Positions 1 to 12,681 are shown, counted from the first letter of the stretch. The stretch: 60,209 nt of DNA from Rhodobacterales bacterium (GCA_038247355.1 JBBRUZ010000001.1:1-60209); one strand, 5' to 3'. The notes: generated by a model not told the origin, from the sequence alone. Translations and numbers: made by a program.

Positions 1-2
1 CC

Positions 3-725
3 TCGATCACGTTCAAGGGCAACCAGCTGATTTCGGGCGTCGCGATCAATTTTCTCGCGTCGGGCCTCACCGCGCTGGTCGGCCAGAGCTGGTTCGCGAT
101 GGGCGGCCAGACCCCCCAGCTGCCAGCCACGGCGCGGTTTCTGTCGATCACCTTGCCGTTCGCCGAAAGCCTCGGCCGCATTCCGATCCTCGGTCCGATC
201 TACCAGAACCTGATCTCGGGCCACAACATCCTCGTCTATCTCGCGCTCGCCTTCGTCCCGCTGACCTGGTGGATCCTGTTTCGCACCCGCTTCGGTCTGC
301 GCCTGCGCGCGGTGGGCGAGAACCCGGCCGCGGTCGACACCGCCGGCGTGTCGGTCGTGCGCCTGCGCTACGCCGCCGTCATCATCGCGGGCGTACTCTG
401 CGGCGTCGCCGGAGCGTATCTTTCCACCGCCCAATCCGCGGGCTTCGTGCGCGAAATGACCGCGGGCAAGGGCTTCATCGCGCTCGCCGCGCTGATCTTC
501 GCCAAATGGCGCCCCTGGCCCGCGCTTGGCGCCTGCCTGCTCTTCGGTTTTCTCGAGGCCATCGGCATCCGCTACCAGTCGATCGCCATCCCCGGCCTGT
601 TCACCGTCCCGGTCCAGTTCATGCAGGCGCTGCCCTACGTACTTACGGTGGTAATCCTCGCCGGATTCGTCGGCAAGGCGATCCCGCCAAAGGCCGGTGG
701 CCGTCCATATGTGAAGGAACGCTGA
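3..725 (+). CDS. ABC transporter permease, nucleoside/simple-sugar type; 5' end lies outside the window
   Basis: Hydrophobic ORF with RTRFGLRLRAVGENP...GRGFIALAA-like motifs (here GKGFIALAALIFAKWRP). The frame is open from the window start and directly precedes a nucleoside phosphorylase. Confidence 0.88.
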   Translation, partial: SITFKGNQLISGVAINFLASGLTALVGQSWFAMGGQTPQLPATARFLSITLPFAESLGRIPILGPIYQNLISGHNILVYLALAFVPLTWWILFRTRFGLRLRAVGENPAAVDTAGVSVVRLRYAAVIIAGVLCGVAGAYLSTAQSAGFVREMTAGKGFIALAALIFAKWRPWPALGACLLFGFLEAIGIRYQSIAIPGLFTVPVQFMQALPYVLTVVILAGFVGKAIPPKAGGRPYVKER

Positions 726-726
726 C

Positions 727-1530
727 ATGGACGCCTTACACGTCGTGCTCGATCGCGCGGGCGCCGCCCCTGTCGCTCTCGGCCTCATCCTCGGCTCGGG
801 CCTCGGCCATATCGCGACCCTCGTCGATGGCGCCGCCATCCCCTATGCCGACCTGCCCGGCTTCCCCCAGCCCGGCGTTTCGGGCCACACCCCCAACCTC
901 GCCATCGGCGATCTGGAAGGCGTCCGGGTCGCCGTCTTCGGCGGCCGCGCCCACTACTACGAGCACGGCCAGGCCGACACCATGCGCCGCCCGATCGAAC
1001 TTCTCAAGAAACTCGGCGCCGAGAAGCTGATCCTCACCAACGCCGCCGGCTCGTTCCGTCCCGACATCCCGCCGGGCGAACTGATGCTCATCTCGGACCA
1101 CATCAACTTCTCCGGCCTCAACCCGCTGATCGGCGAACCGACGGACCGCCGCTTCGTCAACATGTCCGAAGCCTACGACCCCGAGATGCGCGCGGCCCTG
1201 CGCGTCGCCGCGACCGCCGAAGGCCTCGCCCTGCCCGAAGGCGTCTACGCGTGGTATTCCGGCCCCAGCTTCGAGACCCCCGCCGAGATCCGCGCCCTCC
1301 GCACGCTCGGCGCCGACGCGGTCGGCATGTCGACCGTCCCCGAGGTCATCCTCGCCAACTTCTTCGGCCTGCGCACCGCCGCGGTTTCGGTCATCACCAA
1401 CATGGCCGCCGGCCTGTCGACCGAGGCGATCAGCCACGAACACACGAAGGCGATGGCTCCCGTCGGCGCCGCCAAGCTCGAACGCGTCCTTCGCCGCTTC
1501 CTGCGCGATCTGGCCGCTGGGCGGAGTTAG
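727..1530 (+). CDS. punA: Purine nucleoside phosphorylase (PNP-I/XapA type)
   Basis: Motifs ILGSGLG, GRAHYYE, LTNAAG, GPSFETPAE, GADAVGMST and ITNMAAG. Confidence 0.92.
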   Translation: MDALHVVLDRAGAAPVALGLILGSGLGHIATLVDGAAIPYADLPGFPQPGVSGHTPNLAIGDLEGVRVAVFGGRAHYYEHGQADTMRRPIELLKKLGAEKLILTNAAGSFRPDIPPGELMLISDHINFSGLNPLIGEPTDRRFVNMSEAYDPEMRAALRVAATAEGLALPEGVYAWYSGPSFETPAEIRALRTLGADAVGMSTVPEVILANFFGLRTAAVSVITNMAAGLSTEAISHEHTKAMAPVGAAKLERVLRRFLRDLAAGRS

Positions 1531-1592
1531 GACGTAGGCTCGCCCACCGGCGATACCCAGGGCCTAGCGCCCACAGCGACGTGGCCCCGCGC

Positions 1593-1706
1593 GTGGATTG
1601 ACCGTTCGGACCCGACCGACGCTGGACCGGCGCCCCGGCGGGGACGTCGAAGGGTCCCCGAGCGAAGGAGCCATCAATGGGAAAGATCACCATGATCGGC
1701 GTCGCT
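1593..1706 (+). mobile_element. Truncated left end of an IS110-family-like element: non-coding leader plus the first ~9 transposase codons
   Basis: RBS AAGGAG, then ATG at 1677 giving MGKITMIGV, which resembles the N-terminus of IS110 DEDD transposases (MxxITTIGxDLAK). The similarity breaks immediately afterwards. Confidence 0.45.
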
Positions 1707-1724
1707 CCACCGGAGCGTTTGATC

Positions 1725-2298
1725 CTATCCGCCGCCCACGGCCCATTGAGTTTGCGGATTTCTGACGCGTGACGTGGCTGCCGGAAGGCCTGCGGAAGCA
1801 GATAGGGATTTGACATGGCGGATGGCGGGGATGGTTTCATCGGGCGGTGCGTTTTTGGGGAGCCTCGGCGGGGAACCGGTGGTGGCCAGACGACATGAAG
1901 GTGCGGATTGCGTCGGAAAACCTTCAGCCCGGTGCGCGGGTTGTGGATGTCGCGCGGCGGCATGGTCTCATTCCGCACCAGCTTTTGGGCTGGCGGCGGT
2001 ACGCGCGCCAAGGTCTTCCGGCTCTTCCGGCGGATCTGCAGGCAGCCTTGTCACCGCCCGGGGATGGCTTTCGAACCGGCTTTTGTCCTGCTGGCGATTA
2101 CAGCGGAATTGCCGATGACCGCCGACGCCCCGGCTCCCCTGGAGACGGCCGAGGTGACCCCGGGGGTCATGACGCTGGAAATCGGCGCTGACATTGTGCT
2201 GCGGGTTCCCGGCAAGACGCCGGTGGAACGGGCTGCGGCTTGGTCCGTGCGATACGAGGGGCGGCGTGATCGTCGCCGGCCAGCGGCTGCCGGTCCTG
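1725..2298 (+). mobile_element. IS66-family remnant: degenerate left end, frameshifted tnpA and the first 11 codons of tnpB
   Basis: From ATG 1815 the reading MADGGDGFIGRC...GNRWWPDDMKVRIASENLQPGARVVDVARRHGLIPHQLLGWRR...MTLEIGADIVLRVPG is split over frames (TnpA HTH). GTG 2266 gives MIVAGQRLPVL, a TnpB N-terminus. Confidence 0.8.
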
Positions 2299-2425
2299 AG
2301 AGGTGGCTCGGGGAATTTGAACAAGGGCGTTGCGTGGTGGAGCAGCTCGAATCGGCAAGAAGATTGCTGACTAATGAGCAGCGACCATGACGAAACGACA
2401 GCGCAGGAACCACAGTCCGGCGGCT
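2297..2425 (+). mobile_element. IS3-family remnant: left end plus the first 12 codons of OrfA
   Basis: A TG-initiated terminal sequence TGAGAGGTGGCTCGGGGAATTTGAACA interrupts tnpB. ATG 2387 gives MTKRQRRNHSPA, typical of IS3 OrfA (MTKRxRRNHSPAFKAKVAL), then the ORF is truncated. Confidence 0.65.
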
Positions 2426-2490
2426 CCCGAGCATGTGATGGTTGAGGTGCTGGCGCGGTTAGCGCCGCTGTTCGGTTATCATGATGTCGC

Positions 2491-2592
2491 GCCTTCATCG
2501 TGGGGTTCGGCATCGACGCGTTCATCGCGCTGCTCGACCGCATCGTCGTGGCGCTCAGCCACTGGGTCGCCGGAACGGGGCAGGTTACCTAA
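2491..2592 (+). pseudogene. C-terminal fragment of an unidentified membrane protein
   Basis: Hydrophobic frame AFIVGFGIDAFIALLDRIVVALSHWVAGTGQVT* with no start codon, lying just after the IS3 remnant. Confidence 0.3.
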
Positions 2593-2833
2593 CGATAGGC
2601 GGCTCTCCGGCAGAGCACGCCCGTCTGCCAGAGGGGGACCGGCCCTCGGCCCGGCAGCGTCCGCTCTACGGCAGACGCTTTCGCGATCTCCACGCGGGCC
2701 GGACGGTGCCCTTGGTGTGCAAAGGGGGCGTAACAGCGTTGGGGCGGGAGGCTTAATTGGCGTTGGGCGAGATTAGGTAACTACTTGACGCGGGGCGCAA
2801 AACCGGGTGCCGAACAGGCTTCGGGGCGCGTGA

Positions 2834-5305
<2,472 letters not shown>

Positions 5306-5336
5306 CGACGGGATGGGTCGATCCCGGTATACGCGT

Positions 5337-7457
5337 TCAGTCGATGCGCAGGCGCGTCGTGCGGAGATCCGCGGGGTCGGCGGATAACCCCACGTGAACG
5401 AGGAACTCCCCTGGCTCGACGGTCGGCGCCAGATCGTCGCCGAGGTAGCCGAACGCCGTGCGCGCGAGCCGGAACGTCACCGTTACGTGGGCGCCCGCGG
5501 GCAGCGCGATCTGCTTGAAGTCGCGCAACTCGAGGATCGGTCGTGCGACGCGCGCGACGAGGTCGCGCACGAACAGGAACACGGTGACGGTCTCGAGCCG
5601 GCCCCCTTCGTTCGCCACGTCGGCCACGACGTCGACGGCGTCGCCCCGGACCGTCGCCCACGGGGCGTCGAGACGGATCGGGCCGTAGGCGAGGCCGTGG
5701 CCGAAGGCGAATTGCGGCGTGTTCGGCAGGTCGAGGTACTTGCTCGTATAGCGGTCCGCTGGGTCCTCCGGTCGACCGCCGGCGCGCGCCGCGTAGTGGA
5801 TCGGAACCTGGCCGACGTGGCGGGGCCAGGTGACGGCGAGCCGCGCCGAAGGGCCGATCCGCCCGGTCAGGAGATCGGCGACCGCATGCCCGGCCTAGGT
5901 GCCGGGAAGCCAGCAGGCGACGACGGCGACCGCCCGGTCGAACACGTCGGGCATGGCGATCGGCCGCCCGGAGAACAGCAGCACCGTGACCGGGGCGCCG
6001 ATCGCGAGGACAGCCGCGGCGAGTTCGGCCTGCCGGCCGGGGAGGTCGATCCGCGCCCGACTCGCAGCTTCGCCGCTCATCCACGCGGCCTCCCCGAGGC
6101 AGAGGATCACTCGGTCCGAGCGCCGCGCGGCGGCCACGGCGGCGGCGATGTCCTGCGCATCTCCGCCTTCGACCGGCACACCCCGCACGACCTCGATCGC
6201 GCTCGCCGGCCAGGCGGCGCGCAGCCCGCCGAGCACGCCCACCGCCTCCTCGACCCGCCCCGCGCCCGACCAGGGCCCGAGCATCGCGGCCGGCGCATCG
6301 GCCAGCGGCCCGATCACCGCGAGGCGCTCGGCTGGCACGGCGTAGGGCAGCAGCCCGCCGGCGTTTCGCAGCACCACGAGCGAACGTCCGGCCGCCGCGC
6401 GGGCCACCGCCCGATGCCGCGTCGCCATCGCAGGCGGAACGGCGTCCGCCGGTCCGGAACGCAAGTAGGGGTCTTCGAACAGTCCGAGGCGGTCCTTCAG
6501 GTCCAGCACGCGCGCGACGGCGGCGTCGATATCCGCCACGCCGACCAGCCCGCGCTCGACCGCCGCAGGCAGGCCCCGCTCGTAGGCAAAGCCCATCATG
6601 TCGATGTCGACGCCGGCGTTTAGCGCCAGTGCCGCCGCCTCGGCAAGATCGGCGGCGACCCCGTGCAGCATGAGTTCGGCGATCGCCTTGTAGTCGCTGA
6701 TGATGACGCCGCGAAACCCCCAACGCCCGCGCAGGACCTCGGTCAGGAGGCCGTGATGCGCGGTCATCGGCGTTCCCTCGACGTCGGTGAAGGCTGGCAT
6801 CACCGCCTCGGCGCCGGCCACAATCGCCGCATGGAAGGGCGGAAGATAGACCTCGGCGAGCGTCCGTTCCGAGATGTCCACCGGGGCGTAGTCGCGCCCC
6901 GCGACACTCGCGCCGTAGGCGACGAAGTGCTTTGCGGTGACCGCGACCGCCGCGGTCGGCCCACCGCCCCGATAGCCGCGCACCTTGGCCGCCGCGAGCC
7001 GCACCCCGACGAGCGGGTCTTCGCCGGGGCCCTCCGCGATGCGGCCCCAGCGCGGATCGCGGCTGACGTCGATCATCGGCGCGAACGTCAGGTCGACGCC
7101 TTCGGCGGCCGCCTCGACCGCCGCGATGCGCGCCGTCGCCTCCCATAATGCGGGATCGAAGGCGCAAGCCTCGGCGAGCGGGATCGGGAAGATCGTGCGA
7201 AAGCCGTGGATCACGTCGAACCCGAAAAACAGCGGCACCCCTAGCCGGGTCTCCTCGACCGCGACCCGCTGGGCCGCGCGAACCGCCGGCCGTCCGAAGA
7301 GGTTGAAAAGGCTGCCGATCCGGCCCTCGCGCACGCCGCGCTCAACGTCGGTGTCCGCCACCGGACCGGAGATGACGAGGTCCACCGACGCCATCGTCAG
7401 CTGGCCGATCTTCTCCCTCAGCGTCATCCGTTCGATCAGCCCGTCCGGAACCGCCAT
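5337..7457 (-). pseudogene. bglX: GH3 beta-glucosidase (BglX-like) interrupted by an in-frame TAG at 5895-5897
   Basis: Motifs FGFDVIHG, RDPRWGR, AKHFVAY and ISDY. The frame reads WLPGT*AGHAVADLLTG...FAFGHGL and continues through the Fn3-like domain (ELRDFKQI) to the stop at 5337. Confidence 0.85.
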
Positions 7458-7559
7458 GTGACCCCCTCGTCGTCCAGCGCCGCATCGGACGCAGATACTC
7501 GAGCCGAGCGATGCTTATATCGCCGTGCGCCCGCGGCAAGAGCCCCCGTGCCGTGGCGT

Positions 7560-8819
7560 TCAGATGATCAGGCCGGTAATGACCGTGTCGTCGGTGATGT
7601 CCTGGAAGCCGAAGCCCGCGGCGGTCATGCGCGCCTCGAGCGCGTCGAACTCGGCGCGCGACCGGCTTTCGATGCCGAGCAGGACCGAGCCGAAGTTGCG
7701 GGCCGATTTCTTCAGGTATTCGAAACGCGAGATGTCGTCCTTGGGACCGAGACAGCCGAGAAATTCACGCAAGGCGCCGGGGCGCTGCGGCAGACGCAGG
7801 ATGTAGTATTTCTTCCGCCCTTCCCAGCGCAGCGCGCGTTCCTTGACGTCGGGCAACCGCTCGAAGTCGAAGTTGCCCCCGGAGACGATGGCCACCACCG
7901 TCCTGCCTCTGAGATCAAGGTCGCGCAGCGCGTCGATGGCCAGTGCGCCGGCGGGCTCCAGCACGACGCCCTCGACGTTGAGCATGTCGAGCATCGTGCC
8001 GCAGATCCGGTCCTCGGGCGCGATCAGCACGTGATCGGCGGCGAAGGCGCGCAGGATCGCGAAATTGCGATCGCCGATCCGGGCGACCGCCGCCCCGTCG
8101 ACGAAGTTGTCGACGTGGCCCAGCGTCACTTGCGCGCCCGCCTCCAGCGCGCGCTTCAGGCTGGGGCCGCCGGCGGGTTCGACGAAACGGATATGGGTGT
8201 CAGGCGACAGCGCCGCGAAAACCTGAACCATCCCCGAGGCGAGGCCGCCGCCCCCGACTGGCAGCACGAGGTAGTCGGCCGCGACGCCTTCGGGGAGTTG
8301 GGCGAGGATCTCGAGGGCGCAGGTCGCCTGGCCCTCGATGACGTCGTCGGAGTCGAACGGCGACAGGAACATCGCGCCGGCGTCGGCGCAGAACGCCTGG
8401 GCGGCGCGCAGCGTGTCGTCGAAATAGTCGCCCGTCAGGCGGATCTCGACATGGGGCCCGCCGAATTGCCGGGTCTTGTCGATCTTCTGCTGCGGCGTCG
8501 TGACGGGCATGAAGATCACGCCCATCGTCCCGAAATGCCGGCAGGCGAAGGCCACGCCCTGCGCATGATTTCCCGCGGAGGCGCAGACGAAACGACGGCG
8601 GTACGGCGCGGCGAGCAGGGCTTTGCGCATCGCGGTGGCGGCGCCGCGGATCTTGTACGAGCGGACGGGGGTGAGGTCTTCGCGCTTCAGCCAGACCTCA
8701 GCGTCGTACCTGCCGCTGAGGTAGTCGTTGCGCTGCAGCGGCGTCGGCTCAAAGAGCTCGCGCAACGCGCCGTCGGCGACGCGCACCGCTTGCACGAACG
8801 AGGGGTCCGGGACCTTCAT
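7560..8819 (-). CDS. ilvA: Threonine ammonia-lyase (biosynthetic, short form); start uncertain between 8819 and 8846
   Basis: Motifs KREDLTPVRSYKIRGA, ASAGNHAQG, PVGGGGL and SGGNFD, plus a C-terminal ACT-like domain (PQRPGALREFL). Confidence 0.95.
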   Translation of the reverse strand: MKVPDPSFVQAVRVADGALRELFEPTPLQRNDYLSGRYDAEVWLKREDLTPVRSYKIRGAATAMRKALLAAPYRRRFVCASAGNHAQGVAFACRHFGTMGVIFMPVTTPQQKIDKTRQFGGPHVEIRLTGDYFDDTLRAAQAFCADAGAMFLSPFDSDDVIEGQATCALEILAQLPEGVAADYLVLPVGGGGLASGMVQVFAALSPDTHIRFVEPAGGPSLKRALEAGAQVTLGHVDNFVDGAAVARIGDRNFAILRAFAADHVLIAPEDRICGTMLDMLNVEGVVLEPAGALAIDALRDLDLRGRTVVAIVSGGNFDFERLPDVKERALRWEGRKKYYILRLPQRPGALREFLGCLGPKDDISRFEYLKKSARNFGSVLLGIESRSRAEFDALEARMTAAGFGFQDITDDTVITGLII

Positions 8820-9122
8820 CCGGCCCGCTACCATGCGGCGCGGCAAATCGCCAGAGCGCCGGATTGCGCGACGACGCGGAGTTGTCGACGAGGAGGCGGG
8901 TCGGTTTCATCGCCTTGGCGGCGCCGAGTTCGAGATCCGCCTCCGGTACTCGAAACGGACCGTGGGCGGCGTCTAAAAACTGAACGGCGCGGCCATCGAC
9001 GGGCCTCCCGGTCGCGCGGCGGCGTCTCGCTTCCGCGGTTCGATCATGCGATGCTTCCCGCGTCGCGAGAGCCGCGCAAGCCATGCAAGGCTTGCGGCGG
9101 CGAGGGAACGATGGAGGGGGCG

Positions 9123-9511
9123 ATGACGCTCGAGCGCCATACCGGCGGCTGTCTTTGCGGCGCCGTTCGGTTCGAGGCGGTCGGTTCGCCGCAAAGGCCG
9201 CACACCTGTTCGTGCAGGATGTGCCAGCGGCACGGCGGTGCGTTGACCGCCGCCTGGGTCGAGTTCCCGACAAACGCCGTCGACTGGACCAGGCCGGGAG
9301 GAATGCCGGCGACATACCGCTCTTCCGCCGCTTCGAGCCGGGCCTTCTGTCAGGTCTGCGGCGGCACGATCGGCGCGATCGACGACGCCCCGGTCATCGC
9401 GCTCGTGCTTAGCGCGTTCGACAGGCCGGACGCCAGGGGACTGATGCCGGTGTCGCATTCGTATGCGGTGGCCGGCCTCGATGGTGGCGCGTCGAGGTAA
9501 CGGGAGAGTGA
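9123..9511 (+). CDS. GFA-family (CENP-V) Zn-binding protein, with a probable 1-nt frameshift near 9465
   Basis: Motifs GGCLCGAVRF, CSCRMCQR and RAFCQVCG, with RBS GGAGG. The in-frame stop is at 9500, but the family-like tail GGRPRWWRVEVTGE* is in another frame ending at 9511. Confidence 0.8.
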
Positions 9512-9754
9512 CGCCTCGCGCCGGGGTGATCAGCGTTTCTTGCGCGACGCAGGTTTTGCCCGCGTCCCGGTCGCGGCGCGAAACATTTGCTTGGTCATCG
9601 CCGTCTGCTGGCGTTTCATTTCTGCGGCGACAGCCCCGCGCATCGGGCCCGCGGCCTTATTGGCGGCGCTGAGCCAGAGGCTCATCCAGGGATTCTTCAT
9701 GCGTCGGGTCTCCTTCGGCCGACAACTGCGCGGCGCGCGAATTGGTTCCGTCGA

Positions 9755-10498
9755 TCACGTCAGATCGTCGGACAGATCGACGAAGCCGGCGGGTTCGACG
9801 ATGAGCTCGATCCGCTCAGTGCAGAACCAGGTGCGCCCAAACTCGACCGGGGCGCCGGCGGCGTCGCAGTTGAGCGACGTCGCACGGAGAAGCGGATGGC
9901 CCGGCGCCACGCGCAGCCGTCGCGCCGTCACCGCCTCCGCCGCGCAGGCGGTCAGCCGCGTCCAGCGACGCTGGTAGTCGGCGACGCCGCACGCCGCCAG
10001 CGCCGCCGTCACCGAGCCCGAAGCGCGCAGCGCCTCGGGCAAACCGGGCAGTCGCGCGGCGGGAAACGCGCTGTGCGCTACGGTCAGCGGCACGCCGTCG
10101 CCGAGACCGACGCTCTCGACCAGATGAACCGGCCCGCCCGGATCGAGCCCCAGCGCCTCGGCTTGCGCCGGTTCGGCCCACAGCGTTTCGAGCCGCAGAA
10201 TCTCGCGCGACGTGCTTCGGCCCGCCCGACCGAGGTTGGCGGCGAAGCGGGTGCGCGCGCCGAGCGGATAATCGATCCGCGCCTCGGTCACGTAGGCCCC
10301 GGCCCCGCGGCGGACATAGATCGCGCCGACGTCGCGCAAATCGGCGAGCGCCCGGCGCAGCGTGTGGCGATTGACCGCGAAGCGCCGCGCCAGCTCGCCC
10401 TCCGATGGCAGCTTGTCGCCCGGCGCATAGCGGCCCGCGGCGATGTCCTGCGCCAGCGCCGCGCGGATCTGGCGCCACAGCGGACCACCCTGCGTCAT
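9755..10498 (-). CDS. phnF: Phosphonate metabolism regulator PhnF (GntR/HutC family)
   Basis: HTH LPSEGELARRFAVNRHTLRRAL followed by a UTRA domain; divergent from phnG. Confidence 0.93.
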   Translation of the reverse strand: MTQGGPLWRQIRAALAQDIAAGRYAPGDKLPSEGELARRFAVNRHTLRRALADLRDVGAIYVRRGAGAYVTEARIDYPLGARTRFAANLGRAGRSTSREILRLETLWAEPAQAEALGLDPGGPVHLVESVGLGDGVPLTVAHSAFPAARLPGLPEALRASGSVTAALAACGVADYQRRWTRLTACAAEAVTARRLRVAPGHPLLRATSLNCDAAGAPVEFGRTWFCTERIELIVEPAGFVDLSDDLT

Positions 10499-10548
10499 CG
10501 AAAATTCATCGCTGCGCGGTTGCGGCACGGCGGCGGTCCCGATATAAC

Positions 10549-10576
10549 TTGTCTAGTTGTCTGGTGATATAGACAA
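10549..10576. promoter_or_regulatory. Probable PhnF operator
   Basis: TTGTCTA-N14-TAGACAA inverted repeat with an extra TTGTCT half-site, in the AT-rich phnF/phnG spacer. It resembles HutC-subfamily GntR sites. Confidence 0.7.
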
Positions 10577-10595
10577 ATCGCCGAGTTGTCGAGGG

Positions 10596-11048
10596 ATGAT
10601 GCAGCCGCAACAGACCGACCGAAGCGCGTGGATGAGCGCGCTGGCGAAGGCGCCGGCGCCAGAGCTCGTAGCGCTGTGGGGATCGCTCGGCATCGCGCCC
10701 GAATTCGACTGGCTTCGTCCACCCGAGGCTGGCGCGGTGATGGTCCGGGGCCGCGCAGGCGGGACCGGGGGCGCCTTCAACCTGGGTGAGACGACCGTGA
10801 CCCGCTGCGCGCTGCAGCTCGCTGACGGGACCGTCGGTCATGCCTATGTCGCCGGACACGACCGCGAAAAGGCGCGGATCGCGGCGCTCTGCGACGCGCT
10901 GATGCAGACCGACGCGGCGCCGCGCGTTCGCGCAGGCGTTCTCGTCCCGCTCGCGGGAACGGCCCGCGCCGCCGCGATGGCGCGGGCCGGCCGCGCCGCG
11001 GCGACGCGCGTCGATTTCTTTACGCTGGTTCGGGGCGAGGACGGATGA
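10596..11048 (+). CDS. phnG: C-P lyase system protein PhnG
   Basis: Motifs MVRGRAGGTGGAFNLGETTVTRC and the C-terminal AATRVDFFTLVRGED. Confidence 0.96.
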   Translation: MMQPQQTDRSAWMSALAKAPAPELVALWGSLGIAPEFDWLRPPEAGAVMVRGRAGGTGGAFNLGETTVTRCALQLADGTVGHAYVAGHDREKARIAALCDALMQTDAAPRVRAGVLVPLAGTARAAAMARAGRAAATRVDFFTLVRGEDG

Positions 11049-11629
11049 GCGCCGCGTCGCTGATCGGCGGTTTCGCCGCGCCGTCGCACGACGCCGCCCG
11101 CGCGTTTCGCGGCGCGCTCGACGCGATGGCGCGGCCTGGACGGATCGTGACGCTGGCGGGTGCGGCGCCGCCACCGCCGATGTCGCCCGCCGCCGGGGCG
11201 CTGCTGCTGACGCTGTGCGATCCCGAGACGCCACTGTGGCTCGCGCCCGGCTTCGCGGGGCTTGGCGCGTGGGCGACGTTCCATACCGGCGCGCCGGTGA
11301 CGGCGAACCGGGGGACCGCGGCGCTTGCGGTAGGGCGGTGGCCGGACATCGCGCCCTTGGCCGATTTCGCGGTGGGGACTCCAGACTATCCCGACCGTTC
11401 GGCGACGTTGATCGTCGAGCTGGACCGGCTCGAGCCGATGGGTGCGCGGCTAACCGGGCCGGGGATCGACGGTTCGGCTCGGCTGTCGCTGTCCGATCTG
11501 GCGCCCGATCTGGTGACCGAGCGCGCACGGGTTTCGGCGTTTCCGCTGGGGCTCGATTTCTTCTTCACCGCCGGCGACCGCGTGGCGGGCCTGCCGCGCA
11601 CGACACGGATCGACGCGCCATGTACGTAG
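11045..11629 (+). CDS. phnH: C-P lyase system protein PhnH
   Basis: Motifs FRGALDAMARPG, LTLCDPETPLWL, GTPDYPDRSATL, LTGPGI and FPLGLD. Confidence 0.95.
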   Translation: MSAASLIGGFAAPSHDAARAFRGALDAMARPGRIVTLAGAAPPPPMSPAAGALLLTLCDPETPLWLAPGFAGLGAWATFHTGAPVTANRGTAALAVGRWPDIAPLADFAVGTPDYPDRSATLIVELDRLEPMGARLTGPGIDGSARLSLSDLAPDLVTERARVSAFPLGLDFFFTAGDRVAGLPRTTRIDAPCT

Positions 11630-12681
11630 CGGTGAAGGGCGGCGAAGTCGCGATCGACAACGCCCACGGCTGGCTGGCGGACGCGCGGCGCGGCGATCGG
11701 ACGGTCCCCGATCTCGGGCTGGCGCAGATCCGCGAGCAACTGGGGCTGAGTGTCGCGCGCGTCATGGCCGAAGGCTCGCTCCACGACCCCGATCTGGCGG
11801 CGCTGGCGATAAAGCAGGCGCGCGGCGATCTGATCGAGGCGGTGTTCCTGATCCGGGCGTACCGGACCACCCTGCCCCGCTTCGGCGCCTCGACGCCGAT
11901 CGACACCGCCGCGATGGCCTGCGTGCGCCGCATTTCGGCGACGTTCAAGGACGCGCCGGGCGGTCAGGTGCTCGGGCCGACCTTCGACTACACCCACCGC
12001 CTGCTCGACTTCGCGCTGACGGACGATCCCGCGCCGAAGCCGGTACCTGCCCCGGCGGAGCCACTGGCGGCGCCCCGCATCCTCGATCTGTTGGAGGCGG
12101 AGGGCCTGATCCAAGCCGAGCCGCACGACGATGCGGCGCCGCCGGACCTCACGCGCGAGCCGCTGGACCTGCCTGCGGGCCGCGCTCTGCGGCTGCAAGC
12201 GCTGGCGCGGGCCGACGAGGGGTTCCTGTTGTCGCTCGCCTATTCGACCCAGCGCGGCTATGGCCGGACGCACGCGTTCGTCGGCGAGCTTCGGCTGGGG
12301 ATCGTCGCGGTGAGCTTCGAGATCCCGGAGCTGGGCTTCGCCGTCGAGATCGCCGAGATCGACGTGACCGAATGCGAGACGGTCAACCAGTTCGCGGGCT
12401 CGCGGACCGAGCCGCCGCAGTTCACCCGCGGCTACGGCCTCGCGTTCGGGCAAAGCGAGCGCAAGGCGATTGCGATGGCGCTGGTCGATCGAGCGCTGCG
12501 CTGGCGCGAGCTGGGCGAGGATTTCACCGGCGCGCCCGCGCAGGACGAGGAGTTCGTGCTGTCCCATTGCGACAACATCCAGGCGACGGGCTTCGTCGAG
12601 CACATCAAGCTTCCGCACTACGTCGATTTCCAGGCCGAGCTGGAGCTGGTGCGCAAGCTGCGGCGCGAGGTGGGGGCATGA
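11620..12681 (+). CDS. phnI: C-P lyase complex subunit PhnI
   Basis: Motifs MYVAVKGGE, RRISATFKD, GPTFDYTHRLL and GFVEHIKLPHYVDFQAEL. Confidence 0.97.
   Translation: MYVAVKGGEVAIDNAHGWLADARRGDRTVPDLGLAQIREQLGLSVARVMAEGSLHDPDLAALAIKQARGDLIEAVFLIRAYRTTLPRFGASTPIDTAAMACVRRISATFKDAPGGQVLGPTFDYTHRLLDFALTDDPAPKPVPAPAEPLAAPRILDLLEAEGLIQAEPHDDAAPPDLTREPLDLPAGRALRLQALARADEGFLLSLAYSTQRGYGRTHAFVGELRLGIVAVSFEIPELGFAVEIAEIDVTECETVNQFAGSRTEPPQFTRGYGLAFGQSERKAIAMALVDRALRWRELGEDFTGAPAQDEEFVLSHCDNIQATGFVEHIKLPHYVDFQAELELVRKLRREVGA

Noticed and set aside
2593-2776. Possible VOC/glyoxalase remnant (LYGRRFRDL) before gyrB
   Set aside because: The resemblance is only a few residues and cannot be supported without a search.
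7458-9122. 680-aa plus-strand ORF as a fusion with the GFA domain
   Set aside because: Most of it is the antisense shadow of ilvA. Only 9123 onward has an RBS and family motifs.
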